Program-made: the position numbers and the translations under genes
The notes under the pieces: model-generated
What the model was told of the DNA's origin: nothing
Databases searched by the model: none
The model's input: only the letters and a program-made list of their open reading frames with translations
Shown: positions 48,396 to 58,950 of the stretch, one piece after another
Numbering within the stretch: the stretch's first letter is position 1
Layout: each line of letters opens with the position of its first letter
Assembly: GCA_963662465.1 (NCBI GenBank)
Contig: OY759599.1
Location: forward strand, 1-64,000
Reading direction: 5' to 3'
Origin: Desulfatiglandales bacterium
GTDB lineage: Bacteria > Desulfobacterota > DSM-4660 > Desulfatiglandales > Desulfatiglandaceae
DNA: 64,000 nt

Positions 48396-50057
48396 ATGAA
48401 AAACAATCAACCCAACATCGCCGTCATCGGCTCCGGCTACTGGGGCAAAAACCTCGTTCGCAACTACCACCAGATCGGTGCTCTCAAACTCATCTGCGAT
48501 AAAAACGAAACCGTCCTCTCCAGCTTTCAAGAGCAATACCCCGGCGTGGACACCTGCATGGCCCTAAACGACACCCTCTCCCGAGAAGACATTCAAGGGA
48601 TCGTCATCGCTACACCGGCCGAAACCCACTACATCCTGGCTCGGGAAGCCCTCCTCGCCGGCAAACATGTCTATATCGAAAAACCCCTGGTCCTCAAAGA
48701 GGAAGATGGGCAGGATCTGATTCGACTGGCCAAAGAGAAAAACCTGGTCCTCATGGTGGGCCACCTGCTTCAGTACCATCCCGTCTTTCTCAAACTGAAG
48801 GAGATGGCCGCCTCCGGTGAACTGGGGCGCATCAATTACATCTATTCCCACCGGCTCAATTTAGGCAAAATCCGCCGGGAAGAAAATATCCTCTGGTCCT
48901 TCGCCCCCCACGACATCTCCATGATCCTCTCCCTGGCCGGAGAAGTACCGGATGCGGTCATGGCCACGGGCGGCAATTATCTACACAAAAAAATCGCCGA
49001 TGTCACCACCACCCACCTGGAGTTCCCCTCGGGCCTTCGCGCTCACATCTTTGTCTCCTGGCTGCACCCCTTTAAGGTCCAGCAACTGGTCGTGGTTGGG
49101 GACAAAAAGATGGCGGTATTTGACGACACCCAACCATGGGAAGACAAACTGCTCCTCTATCCCCACGAAATCAAGTGGCAGAACAACATCCCCATCCCCT
49201 CCAAAGCAGAAGCGCAAAGGGTCGATATTCCTCAGGCCGAACCACTCAAAATGGAATGCGAACATTTTCTCCATTGCATGACAAATTGCCGGAGACCCCA
49301 GACCGACGGTGCCGAAGGCCTCCGCGTTCTCCGTATCCTGAATGCCGCACAACAATCGCTGGATGGTGACAGTGAGAAGATTGATCTCGCGCAAAGACGC
49401 AAAGACGCAAAGGGGTTAGATCGGGGAAAAGAAGAAGGTAAGAAGGTTAGAGGGTTAGAGGGTAAGGCAGACAAAGAAAAAACATATTTTTCCCACGAAA
49501 CGGCCCTTATTGACGATAATGTAACAGTCGGGGATGGAAGCAAAATCTGGCATTTCAGTCACGTACTTTCCAACTCGACCATCGGTGAAAACTGCAACAT
49601 CGGGCAGAACGTGGTGATCGGTCCGGACGTCACCATCGGCAAAGGATGCAAAATCCAGAACAACGTTTCCGTCTACAAAGGGGTCACCCTGGAAGACGGT
49701 GTTTTCTGTGGACCTTCCATGGTCTTCACCAATATCTACAATCCCCGGGCCGAAATCCGGAAGATGGACCAGGTACGTCCCACCTTGGTCAAACATGGCG
49801 CAACCCTGGGCGCCAACTGCACAATCGTCTGTGGAACCACCATAGGGGAATACGGCTTTGTGGGCGCCGGCGCCGTGGTCACCCGAAATGTCCCTAGGCA
49901 TGCCCTAATGTTGGGCAATCCAGCCAGAAGGGTCGGATGGATGTGCCAATGCGGAGAACGCCTGACCGACGACCTGGACTGCCTCACGTGCGGAAAGACC
50001 TATGAAAAGAATGAAGAAGGCCTAAAAGAAAAAATTAGACAGGATTTACAGGATTAA
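48396..50057 (+). CDS. Gfo/Idh/MocA oxidoreductase fused to hexapeptide N-acetyltransferase (WbpB+WbpD-like)
   Basis: [43 protein letters not shown]. Confidence 0.9.
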   Translation: MKNNQPNIAVIGSGYWGKNLVRNYHQIGALKLICDKNETVLSSFQEQYPGVDTCMALNDTLSREDIQGIVIATPAETHYILAREALLAGKHVYIEKPLVLKEEDGQDLIRLAKEKNLVLMVGHLLQYHPVFLKLKEMAASGELGRINYIYSHRLNLGKIRREENILWSFAPHDISMILSLAGEVPDAVMATGGNYLHKKIADVTTTHLEFPSGLRAHIFVSWLHPFKVQQLVVVGDKKMAVFDDTQPWEDKLLLYPHEIKWQNNIPIPSKAEAQRVDIPQAEPLKMECEHFLHCMTNCRRPQTDGAEGLRVLRILNAAQQSLDGDSEKIDLAQRRKDAKGLDRGKEEGKKVRGLEGKADKEKTYFSHETALIDDNVTVGDGSKIWHFSHVLSNSTIGENCNIGQNVVIGPDVTIGKGCKIQNNVSVYKGVTLEDGVFCGPSMVFTNIYNPRAEIRKMDQVRPTLVKHGATLGANCTIVCGTTIGEYGFVGAGAVVTRNVPRHALMLGNPARRVGWMCQCGERLTDDLDCLTCGKTYEKNEEGLKEKIRQDLQD

Positions 50058-50123
50058 CAAGATAAAATAATAAAAAAATCCTGCAAAATCCTGTAAATCC
50101 TGTCTAAAAAAAGAGAGGAAAAA

Positions 50124-51212
50124 ATGCAATTCATAGACCTAAAAACCCAACAATCCCGCATCCGTCAAAAACTCGAAGCCCGCATCAACCACGTCCTCGA
50201 CCACGGTCAATACATCATGGGCCCGGAAGTGAAAGAGCTGGAAGAGAAGCTCCGTGCTTTCGTCGGCACCAACCATTGCATCACCTGTTCATCCGGCACG
50301 GATGCCCTCTTGATCGCCCTCATGGCCCTGGATATCGGACCCGGTGACGAGGTGATCACCGTCCCCTACACCTGGATTTCAACCGCGGAAGTCATTGCGC
50401 TCCTGAACGCCAAACCCGTTTTCGTGGACATCCAGGACACCTTCAACATGGACCCGGACCTGATTGAAGCGGCCATCACCCCCAATACCAAAGCCATCAT
50501 GCCGGTGAGTATCTACGGCCAATGCGCGGACATGACCCGGATCAACGCCATTGCGGAAAAGCACAACATCCCGGTCATCGAAGACGGGGCTCAGAGCTTT
50601 GGCGCCACGCACCATGGCAAGAAGTCCTGCGGTCTTTCCGCCATCGGCTGCACCTCCTTCTTCCCGTCCAAACCCCTGGGCTGTTATGGCGACGGTGGCG
50701 CCATCTTCACCAATGATGATGGATTGGCGGAGAAAATGCGACAGATCCGCGTCCACGGTCAGAAGGTCAAGCATCAGCATCCCCTGGTCGGCATCAATGG
50801 ACGTTTGGACACCATGCAGGCAGCCATTCTGCTTGAAAAATTGGAGCTATTCCCTGAGGAATGCTGGCTACGATGGGAGGCCGGGCAGTGTTACAATGAA
50901 CTCCTTTCTGAAGTCACAGGTATTAAAACCCCAGTCATTTCAAAGGGAAACGATTCCGTTTATGCCCAGTATACGCTTCTAACGGAAAATCGCGACAAGG
51001 TATCGAATGTGCTGAAGGCAGAGGGCATCCCATCTGTAGCCTACTATGCAGTACCGTTGCACCTGCAGGGGGCATTTACAGATCTCGGTCATAAAGCGGG
51101 AGATTTTCCAGTCGCGGAACAGGTCGCGGCCAACTGCCTGAGTCTGCCGATGCATCCATATCTCAGTCTGGAAGACCAGAAGCGGATCGCTTCCGCCATT
51201 GAAGATGGATGA
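50124..51212 (+). CDS. DegT-family aminotransferase (WbpE/WlbC-like)
   Basis: GQYIMGPEV, SGTDAL, ED.AQSFGA, SFFPSKPLGCYGDGG. Confidence 0.92.
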   Translation: MQFIDLKTQQSRIRQKLEARINHVLDHGQYIMGPEVKELEEKLRAFVGTNHCITCSSGTDALLIALMALDIGPGDEVITVPYTWISTAEVIALLNAKPVFVDIQDTFNMDPDLIEAAITPNTKAIMPVSIYGQCADMTRINAIAEKHNIPVIEDGAQSFGATHHGKKSCGLSAIGCTSFFPSKPLGCYGDGGAIFTNDDGLAEKMRQIRVHGQKVKHQHPLVGINGRLDTMQAAILLEKLELFPEECWLRWEAGQCYNELLSEVTGIKTPVISKGNDSVYAQYTLLTENRDKVSNVLKAEGIPSVAYYAVPLHLQGAFTDLGHKAGDFPVAEQVAANCLSLPMHPYLSLEDQKRIASAIEDG

Positions 51213-51389
51213 TGGTCATTAACTCAAAACCCATAACCCAACACTCAAAACTGATTTTCCACCCATGCATCCATAACTCAGCGGTGAAGACCAAAAGCGA
51301 ATCGCGGTCAGTATTGGAGATGGGCGATGTAACTGTTTAACTGGGGTTGGCAAAGTCTCCCATTATACAAGATTTGACAACGATTCTTA

Positions 51390-51418
51390 TTGACTAAAAT
51401 AGCCGATATGTCTATAAT
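51390..51418 (+). promoter_or_regulatory. Sigma70 promoter of TA cassette
   Basis: TTGACT-17 bp-TATAAT. Confidence 0.7.
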
Positions 51419-51454
51419 GCCTACATTAGCTAACAATCAATTGGAGGATATAGT

Positions 51455-51697
51455 ATGGACGTTACGGCGACAGAGTTGAAAAACAGATTGGGGAGATACC
51501 TGGATACGGCCGAGAGGGTTCCTGTCATTGTCAAAAAGTCAGGAAGGAAGAAGTCAGTCATCATATCCCATAGAATGTATGAGAGATTCCTCGAAATGGA
51601 GGACACATACTGGGCTCAGAAGGCTCGCGAAGCTGAAGAGGGGGGCTACTTGGGTGAGATTGAAACCAGACGCCTTTTGAGCGGAGAAGATGTATAA
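51455..51697 (+). CDS. Phd/YefM antitoxin
   Basis: TATELKNRLG.YLD.A...PV. Confidence 0.9.
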   Translation: MDVTATELKNRLGRYLDTAERVPVIVKKSGRKKSVIISHRMYERFLEMEDTYWAQKAREAEEGGYLGEIETRRLLSGEDV

Positions 51698-51965
51698 GCT
51701 GGATATCACCAAGGCTGCCGGAAAATTTGTCAAAAAATTGGATGCAAAACAATACCGTCAAGTATTATCAAAAATTCTGGAACTGAGAGAAGAGGCCGAT
51801 CCCCATGACTCAAAGCAACTCATTGGCAGCCCTGAGTACAGACGAGTGGATATAGGCGAGTATCGTATCATCTATAGAGTTGAAAAAGATAATTTTAAAA
51901 TCGCTGTCGTTGGCAAACGAAACGATGACGATGTTTACAGAAGATTTAAAAGAAAAGACAAATGA
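51690..51965 (+). CDS. RelE/ParE toxin
   Basis: A.KF.KKL...R.D.GEYRIIY.V......VGKRND..VY. Confidence 0.9.
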   Translation: MYKLDITKAAGKFVKKLDAKQYRQVLSKILELREEADPHDSKQLIGSPEYRRVDIGEYRIIYRVEKDNFKIAVVGKRNDDDVYRRFKRKDK

Positions 51966-52210
51966 GTGTAATAAGGGAAATTAGAGAAGTTCTTGATGTG
52001 TCGATTTCTATCGATATGCCGGCAAGCCTGCTTCATCGGAAAGTGGAGGTGATTGTTATTCCTTTGGATGAAATCTCCAGTGATGATGATTTTAATGGGG
52101 GGGATACCTGGCCTTACGGATTTTTTGAGAAAACGGCCGGTTGCATGGCTGATGATCCTATTCGAAGGCCAGATCAAGGGGAGTACGAACAGCGGGGGCT
52201 TCTTGCATGA
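51962..52210 (+). CDS. VapB-like antitoxin
   Basis: VEVIV...W..GFFEKTAG......R..QGEYE; overlaps PIN fragment. Confidence 0.65.
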   Translation: MSVIREIREVLDVSISIDMPASLLHRKVEVIVIPLDEISSDDDFNGGDTWPYGFFEKTAGCMADDPIRRPDQGEYEQRGLLA

Positions 52211-52270
52211 GATACCTTCTCGACACGAATGTGTGTATTTCGTATTTGAATAACCCTCAGTCACTCGTTC
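52207..52270 (+). pseudogene. VapC PIN toxin 5' fragment
   Basis: MRYLLDTNVCISYLN then breaks. Confidence 0.7.
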
Positions 52271-52399
52271 GTTTTCATCTCGAGCGCTCGGAACCAAGCT
52301 CCATACGCACAAAACTCATATAGAGTTGTATAGAAGATGGCTCAATTGTAAAGAAAATCCTTTGTCCCCCCCTTGCGTGCAGCATTAGGAGCAGAGAAA

Positions 52400-52675
52400 A
52401 TGGAAGTAACTTGCTTTGTAAAAAGAGAAGGTAATCAATACGCTTCTTTGTGCGTAGAACTGGATGTTGCCTCCTGCGGGAGAACCAAGACAGATGCACT
52501 TGATGGTCTTAAACGCGCTATCGAAACATATATAGAATACATGGTTTCCGAGGGCCGTCAAAAAGACATCTATAGACCTGTTCCAATGAATGAGTTGAAA
52601 ACATTCCTATTTCCTGAAGATACGTTGGAGGAGAAAAGTCTTAAAGCGATTCCTTTGAGCTTCCAATATGCTTAA
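52400..52675 (+). CDS. HicB-family antitoxin
   Basis: EG.QY.SLC.ELDVASCG.T...A...LK.AI..Y. Confidence 0.8.
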   Translation: MEVTCFVKREGNQYASLCVELDVASCGRTKTDALDGLKRAIETYIEYMVSEGRQKDIYRPVPMNELKTFLFPEDTLEEKSLKAIPLSFQYA

Positions 52676-52727
52676 GAATTTATCAAGCCGGGATGTCGCA
52701 TGGGTGTTGAGTCAACTTGGTATTTAG
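52668..52727 (+). pseudogene. HicA 5' fragment
   Basis: MLKNLSSRDVAWVLSQLGI*. Confidence 0.5.
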
Positions 52728-52910
52728 ACAGATAGATATAAGAGTTGGCAACTCAAAACCCAACACTCAAAACCCAACACCATCTTTGCTCTCTCCGTTA
52801 CCTTCTGTAAAAAGCCCTTAAAAAAAAATCCTGTAAAATCCTGTAAATCCTGCCTGCCCCGTGAAACCCGTTTTTTTGTTTCTCTGGGGTCAAAAAAAAC
52901 CGGAGAACCC

Positions 52911-54679
52911 TTGATGCAACAAAAACAACCCAATGCAACCATTAACAACGCCTCCTCTCCTCTCGACGTGTCCACCTCCCCCAGCGGAGAGGAGTTCCCT
53001 TTGCCGCGGCCCGAGGACTATAACCAGGAATTCAAGAGACTCAAGAAACTGGTGAATGAACAACGGCTCAAGGGTCGGGAAATAGTCGTTGTCATGGGTG
53101 TGGGGTTTGTAGGCGCTGTTATGGCGGGTGTGGTTGCCGACTCGGTGAATCGGGAAACGGGGGAATCCAGGTATTTCGTCATCGGTATGCAGCGGCCTTC
53201 TCCCCGATCTTTCTGGAAAATCCCGTACCTAAACAGGGGGATTGCTCCTGTGGAGGCTGAAGATCCGGATGTGGCGCCCTTGATTCAACGGTGTGTACAG
53301 GACAAGCAGACCCTCACAGCCACCTTTACCTACGATGCCCTGTCACTTGCGGATGTGGTGGTAGTGGATGTTCAGTGCGATTACCACAAGGAGAGCCTGG
53401 GGAATGTTCGTCAGGGACATGCCGACATAGAGGCACTGGAAGAGAGCCTCAAGATTATCGGAGAGAAAATAGAGCCGCACTGCCTGGTCCTGATCGAAAC
53501 GACCGTTCCTCCCGGCACCACGGAGTATGTGGCATACCCCATCATAAAAAGGGCCTTTGAAGCGCGCGGGCTTTTTCAGAAACCGACCTCTGACGTCTGT
53601 CCTCCGTCCTCTGACGTCTGTCCTCTGACTTCTGACTTCCGTCCTCCGACCTCAGTCCTCCGAAAAACGGCGGAGCCGCTTTTAGCCCATTCATTTGAGC
53701 GGGTAATGCCGGGGCGGGAATACGTGGCCTCCATTCGCGACTTCTGGCGCGTGTGCTCCGGCATCAACGATGAAGCCAGAGAGCGGGTGGTGGTGTTTCT
53801 GTCCAACATACTCAATGTAGATAAGTTCCCCCTGACCGTGCTGGACCGGCCGATTGAAAGCGAGACCTGCAAGATCGTAGAGAACTCCTACAGAGCCACC
53901 ATTCTGGCATTCATGGACGAATGGAGTCGGTTTTCCGAGAAAAACGGGGTTGACCTCATCAAGGTCGTGAAGGCCATCAAGGTGCGACCCACGCACGCCA
54001 ACATGATTTTCCCCGGCCCCGGCATTGGGGGATACTGCCTTCCGAAAGACGGAGGTCTTGGCGTCTGGGCCTATCATACGCTTATGGGGTTTGAAGATGA
54101 CATCTTCAAAATCACCCCGATGGCCATCGACATCAACGATACCCGTGCCCTGCATGTGGCCCAGTTGGTGCGTGATGCGCTGCGGAATATGGGACGGATA
54201 GTGGCCGCCTCCAAAATTGCGGTATTGGGCGCTTCCTACCGGGAAGATGTGGGTGACACGCGTTACAGCGGTTCAGAGATGGTCGTCCGGAAACTCACGG
54301 AGATGGGCGCGGATGTGGTGGTTCATGATCCGTATGTCAGCCACTGGTGGGAGCTGGAAAAGCAGGATACCTATCCCTCTCCCGGCCCCGGTTTTTCAGG
54401 AACCAGGACAAACTGAAGGAAATCTCAGTTCAGGATGACCTGAATAAGACCCTGTCCGGAGCTGATGCCGTTATTTTGGCGGTGCGACACCGGGCCTATC
54501 TTGGTTTGGACCCGGATGGGGTGGTGGAAATGATCGGTGGTCCGGCGGCTGTGGTGGACTGCTTCGGGGTGTTGGATGATGCGGCCATCAAGCGGTATTT
54601 CGAGTTGGGCTGCGAGGTCAAGGGACTTGGGCGGGGGCATATTAAGCGGATTAAGGATGCGGTCAGAGCTTCTGCGTAG
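52911..54679 (+). pseudogene. UDP-glucose/GDP-mannose dehydrogenase family gene with frameshift near 54385
   Basis: GVGFVG, ETTVPPGTT, ERVMPG, K..ENSYR, GPGIGGYCLPKD; C-terminus (RFFRNQ...LAVRH...GLGRGH) in another frame. Confidence 0.85.
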
Positions 54680-55113
54680 GGAACTATAAATGTAAGAGTT
54701 GGCAACTCAAAACCCAAAACTCAAAACTCAAAACCCAAAACCATCTTTGCTCTCTTCGTTACCTTCTGTAAAAAGCCCTTAAAAAAAATCCTGTAAAATC
54801 CTGTTAATCCTGTCAAAAAAAGAGTTATGGAATTATGAACAATGTCCCCCATTCCCCTCTATCTCACAGAGGATGACCAAAAGAAAATTGCGGCTGCTAT
54901 CGGGGATAGACCATAGCCTAATACCTATCGCCCATAGGGGGAGGAATATGAGGGAAACCAGTGGCATTATGAACTGGGAGAGAAAGGGGCTGCTTACAGT
55001 GCCAATTTTGCCCCCAAAAATGTACTTCTAAGCCCAGAAAACGCATATATTTTGGACTTAAATATTGAATAATCAATAGGATAGTTTGGTCAGACCTCAG
55101 ACTGCAGCATGAC

Positions 55114-55968
55114 ATGAGCGCAGAAAATAAAATTCAGTTATTTCAAAACCAAAGCGTAAGAACACATTGGGATGAAGAACAAGAAAAATGGTTTTTTTCT
55201 ATTGTGGATGTTATTGCAATTTTAACGGAGCAAAAAGATTATCAAGGAGCAAGAAATTACTGGAAAGTATTAAAACATAGACTTGTAAAAGAAGGAAACG
55301 AAACGGTTACAAATTGTAACCGTTTGAAAATGATTGCCAAAGATGGCAAAATGCGAATGACTGATGTAGCTGATACTCAACAGCTATTACGTCTTATCCA
55401 ATCTGTTCCATCGCCGAAAGCAGAGCCTTTTAAAATCTGGTTGGCAAAAGTAGGTGCACAGCGGATAGACGAAATAGAGGATCCCGAACTATCTTTTGAA
55501 CGTGCTATGGAAACCTACCTTGCAAAAGGATACTCCAGGGAGTGGATAAACCAACGCCTGAAAAGTATTGAAGTTAGAAAAGAACTAACAGACGAATGGC
55601 AAGAAAGAGGAATGAAACAAGGCTTGGAATACGCCATTTTAACCAATGAACTCACTCAAGCCTGGGCCGGAAAAAATGTAAAAGAATACAAGAAATACAA
55701 AGGGTTGAAAAAGGAAAACTTGCGAGATAATATGAGCAACCTTGAACTGGTTTTGAATATGCTTGCAGAAGCTTCTACAGCAGAAATATCGAAAGAAAAG
55801 ATACCAAAAGGATTAGAAGAAAATAAGGATATTGCTCGTAAAGGTGGTAATGCTGCTAAAAAAGCAAGATTGGAGATTGAAAAACAAACAGGGAAACCAG
55901 TCGTAACAACTAAAAATGCAAACAACCTTTTAGACAAACCTAATCATGAAAATATTGAAAATGAGTAA
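55114..55968 (+). CDS. BRO-N domain protein
   Basis: VR..WDE..EKWFFS.VDV, YW.VLK.RL, RLIQS.PSPKAEPFK.WLA, NLRDNM. Confidence 0.9.
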   Translation: MSAENKIQLFQNQSVRTHWDEEQEKWFFSIVDVIAILTEQKDYQGARNYWKVLKHRLVKEGNETVTNCNRLKMIAKDGKMRMTDVADTQQLLRLIQSVPSPKAEPFKIWLAKVGAQRIDEIEDPELSFERAMETYLAKGYSREWINQRLKSIEVRKELTDEWQERGMKQGLEYAILTNELTQAWAGKNVKEYKKYKGLKKENLRDNMSNLELVLNMLAEASTAEISKEKIPKGLEENKDIARKGGNAAKKARLEIEKQTGKPVVTTKNANNLLDKPNHENIENE

Positions 55969-56062
55969 ATCATTAGGCTTTTACAGCTTAGTTTTCTTCC
56001 TTAACTTCTGTAAAAAGCCCGAAGCAAACATCCTGATAATCCTGTAAATCCTGTCAAAAAAA

Positions 56063-56484
56063 ATGGAGCCGGTTTTCCGAGAAAAACGGGGTTAACCTCA
56101 TCAAAGTCGTTCAGGCCATCAAGGTGCGGCCCACGCACTCCAACATGATTTTCCCCGGCCCCGGCATCGGCGGATACTGCCTTCCGAAAGATGGAGGTCT
56201 TGGCGTCTGGGCTTACCATACGCTTATGGGGTTTGAGGATGACATTTTCAAGATGACCCCTTTAGCCATCGATATTAACGACACGCGTGCCTTGCATGTG
56301 GTCCAGTTGGTGCGGGATGCTCTGCGGAATATGGGACGGATCGTGGGGGCATCCCGGATTGCGGTTTTGGGCGCCTCCTACCGGGAAGACGTGGGCGATA
56401 CGCGTTACAGCGGTTCTGAGATGGTCGTCCGAAAACTCACTGAAATGGGCGCTGAAGTGGTGGTCCACGATCCGTATGTCAGCC
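56063..56484 (+). pseudogene. Diverged internal copy of the dehydrogenase gene (matches 53921-54342)
   Basis: Colinear 422 bp, mostly synonymous differences. Confidence 0.9.
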
Positions 56485-56695
56485 TTTCAGCCTGATTCGG
56501 AAAAGAGTCGTTGAAAAGATACCGGAAGTCATAGAGTTTGAACCGGAATAGCGTGATTTTCGCCAAGGTGATGTGCGGCACTCTTTGGCGGACATTTCAA
56601 AGGCAAGGGAAAAGTTGGGGTTTGCGCCGAGATTTTCTGTGAAAGAAGGACTTGAAAAATCGGGAGACTGGTATCTCCATAAGTTTGCTGGATAG
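56485..56695 (+). pseudogene. NAD-dependent epimerase (WbpP-like) 3' fragment
   Basis: RDFRQGDVRHSLADISKAREKLGFAP..EGL....WY with internal TAG. Confidence 0.75.
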
Positions 56696-56802
56696 TCATG
56701 ATACAACAAGTAACGGACGAGGATAGAGAGTAATCTTCATTATCTACCGACGTCCCCCCCCATTCCACGTCCCCCCCATTCCATATAAGTATTGGAGGAA
56801 TT

Positions 56803-57036
56803 ATGGAAGCTTTTGAGTTTGAAACCGTTCATGAAAATGGAATGATCACAATACCCGATGAAATTAGACATAACTTAACGAAGAAACTTAAGATAATTAT
56901 TCTGACCCAAGAGGAAAAAGAAACTGCTTTAAGTAAACTGTTGCTTGATGCTCCTACATGGAATGAATCTTATATAACTGAGTTTTATAAAGAAATTCGA
57001 GAAGGATATGCAGATTGGAAGATAGACGAATTCTAG
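56803..57036 (+). CDS. Antitoxin partner of VapC
   Basis: MEAFEFET...NG.I.IP; GGAGG RBS; overlaps PIN gene. Confidence 0.7.
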   Translation: MEAFEFETVHENGMITIPDEIRHNLTKKLKIIILTQEEKETALSKLLLDAPTWNESYITEFYKEIREGYADWKIDEF

Positions 57037-57404
57037 TTGACACTTCTGTTGTTATTGATCACTTCAGAAAGAAAAATAAACAAAAGTCATTACTTTATGA
57101 ACTGGCAAAAGATAACAAATTGTTTTTGTCTGCGATAAGCAAATTTGAGTTTTTGGTAGGTACAAAACCTTCCCAAATTAGTCAAACAGAAAAACTAATT
57201 GAAGGGTTTTTTATTTTATCTTTCAATTCTAATGTTGCTGCTGTTGCAAGTGATATTGCCAAAAAATTAAAAACAAAAAATAAAATTATCGAATTTAGAG
57301 ATATATTTATTGCTGCAACAGCTATTGCCAACGATATACCGCTATCTACTTTAAATATTAAACATTTCGAAAGAATAGATGATTTAGAATTAATTGGTTT
57401 TTAG
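57015..57404 (+). CDS. VapC PIN toxin
   Basis: ILVDTSV.ID, E...G, D..IAATA......L.T.N.KHF. Confidence 0.92.
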   Translation: MEDRRILVDTSVVIDHFRKKNKQKSLLYELAKDNKLFLSAISKFEFLVGTKPSQISQTEKLIEGFFILSFNSNVAAVASDIAKKLKTKNKIIEFRDIFIAATAIANDIPLSTLNIKHFERIDDLELIGF

Positions 57405-57508
57405 ATTGTAATGTTTTGAAAGTCGCGTCGCGATTCTATCTGGAAAAGAATAGTGGAATAGTGACAACGTCCCCCATTAAGCGAATTGCGATCCTGGGGC
57501 ATCCTATC

Positions 57509-57646
57509 GTGAGGCACTCTCATGCAACTACGGAAAAAGCAAAGCACTTGATCGGTTATGATCCTTGTTTCTCAATCAATGATGGACTCAAAGAAACCGC
57601 TAAATGGCAGTGGAAAAAATTCCCCTTAACAAAAGCTGAAGGATAA
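57509..57646 (+). pseudogene. Second epimerase 3' fragment
   Basis: VRHSHA..EKAK.LIGYDP......GL.....W. Confidence 0.65.
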
Positions 57647-57654
57647 AATTTCAT

Positions 57655-58788
57655 TTGGAAAACCCCACATACGTCACAAGACCCGCGCTCCCTCCCCTGT
57701 CGGAATTTGTTGAGTATCTCGAAAAAATCTGGCAAAGCAAGATCCTCACCAACAACGGTCCTTTTCATCAGGAGCTTGAAAAAGAGTTGGCCCGGTATCT
57801 GGGCGTAGAATACCTCTCCCTTTTTTCCAACGGGACCCTGGCATTGGTGACGGCGCTTCAGGTCCTGCGCATCAGCGGAGAGGTCATCACCACGCCTTTT
57901 AGCTTTGTGGCCACCACTCATGCCCTGTGGTGGAACAACATCAAGCCCGTGTTTGTGGATGTTGAGCCCGAAACCTTCAACCTGGACCCCACCAAAATCG
58001 AGTCGGCCATCACGCCCAAAACCACAGCTCTGTTACCGGTACACGTTTATGGCAACCCGTGCGATGTGGATAAGCTTCGGGCAATCTGCGATATCTACGG
58101 TCTCCGGTTGATCTACGATGCAGCCCATACTTTCGGAGTCAAAATCAACGGCTCCTCAATTGTTGATTTCGGAGATCTTTCCGTACTCAGTTTCCACGCC
58201 ACCAAGGTTTTTAATACGTTTGAGGGCGGTGCCATTGTATGCCATGACGAGGCCACCAAAAAGCGGATCGACTACTTGAAAAATTTCGGGTTTGCAGGAG
58301 AAACCGTTGTTGTGGCCCCCGGCGTCAACGCCAAAATGAACGAATGCCAGGCGGCCCTGGGACTTCTTCAGCTCAAATACATAGATGAAAATATTAAAAA
58401 GCGAAAGGCCGTTGCAGACAGATACCGGGAAGGATTGCGACAGATAAAGGGGATGAGCTTTCTTGAGGACATACCCGGAGTGCATCACAACTATGCGTAT
58501 TTTCCCATCTTCGTTGATGAAGCCGAATATGGCTATTCACGGGACGTTCTGTACGAAGAACTGAAACGCCACAACATTTACGGACGGCGATATTTCTATC
58601 CCTTGATCAGTACCTTTCCCGCCTACCGCAGTCTCGAGTCCGCAGACCCAAAGAACCTGTCAGTGGCCTCCCGTGTTGCCGATCAGGTCATATGCCTGCC
58701 CATTTTTCCGGATCTGGAGCAAGAGGTTCAGGACAGGGTCATTGAGATTTGCACGGAAATGTCTTACACTGCCCAATCAAGCGCATAG
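57655..58788 (+). CDS. DegT-family sugar 4-aminotransferase (VioA-like)
   Basis: VT.P.LPPL, LTN.GP, YDAAH.FG, SFHATKVFNTFEGG, RRYFYP. Confidence 0.9.
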   Translation: MENPTYVTRPALPPLSEFVEYLEKIWQSKILTNNGPFHQELEKELARYLGVEYLSLFSNGTLALVTALQVLRISGEVITTPFSFVATTHALWWNNIKPVFVDVEPETFNLDPTKIESAITPKTTALLPVHVYGNPCDVDKLRAICDIYGLRLIYDAAHTFGVKINGSSIVDFGDLSVLSFHATKVFNTFEGGAIVCHDEATKKRIDYLKNFGFAGETVVVAPGVNAKMNECQAALGLLQLKYIDENIKKRKAVADRYREGLRQIKGMSFLEDIPGVHHNYAYFPIFVDEAEYGYSRDVLYEELKRHNIYGRRYFYPLISTFPAYRSLESADPKNLSVASRVADQVICLPIFPDLEQEVQDRVIEICTEMSYTAQSSA

Positions 58789-58839
58789 GACGTTGATTGA
58801 TTTGTCATACTTTGGCCATTGTGTGGAACACATCAACGG

Positions 58840-58950
58840 ATGAACAAGTATGTGAAATATTGGATCGACTCGGCAGCTTATGAGTTTGAGGTTGCAGAAT
58901 CACTTTTTGAAAATGAAAAGAGAAAATGGCTCCTCAAAAAGATAACCTGC
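58840..58950 (+). pseudogene. HEPN-domain remnant
   Basis: VKYWIDSA.Y..EVA.SLF.N.K joined to C-terminal KWLLKK. Confidence 0.5.
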
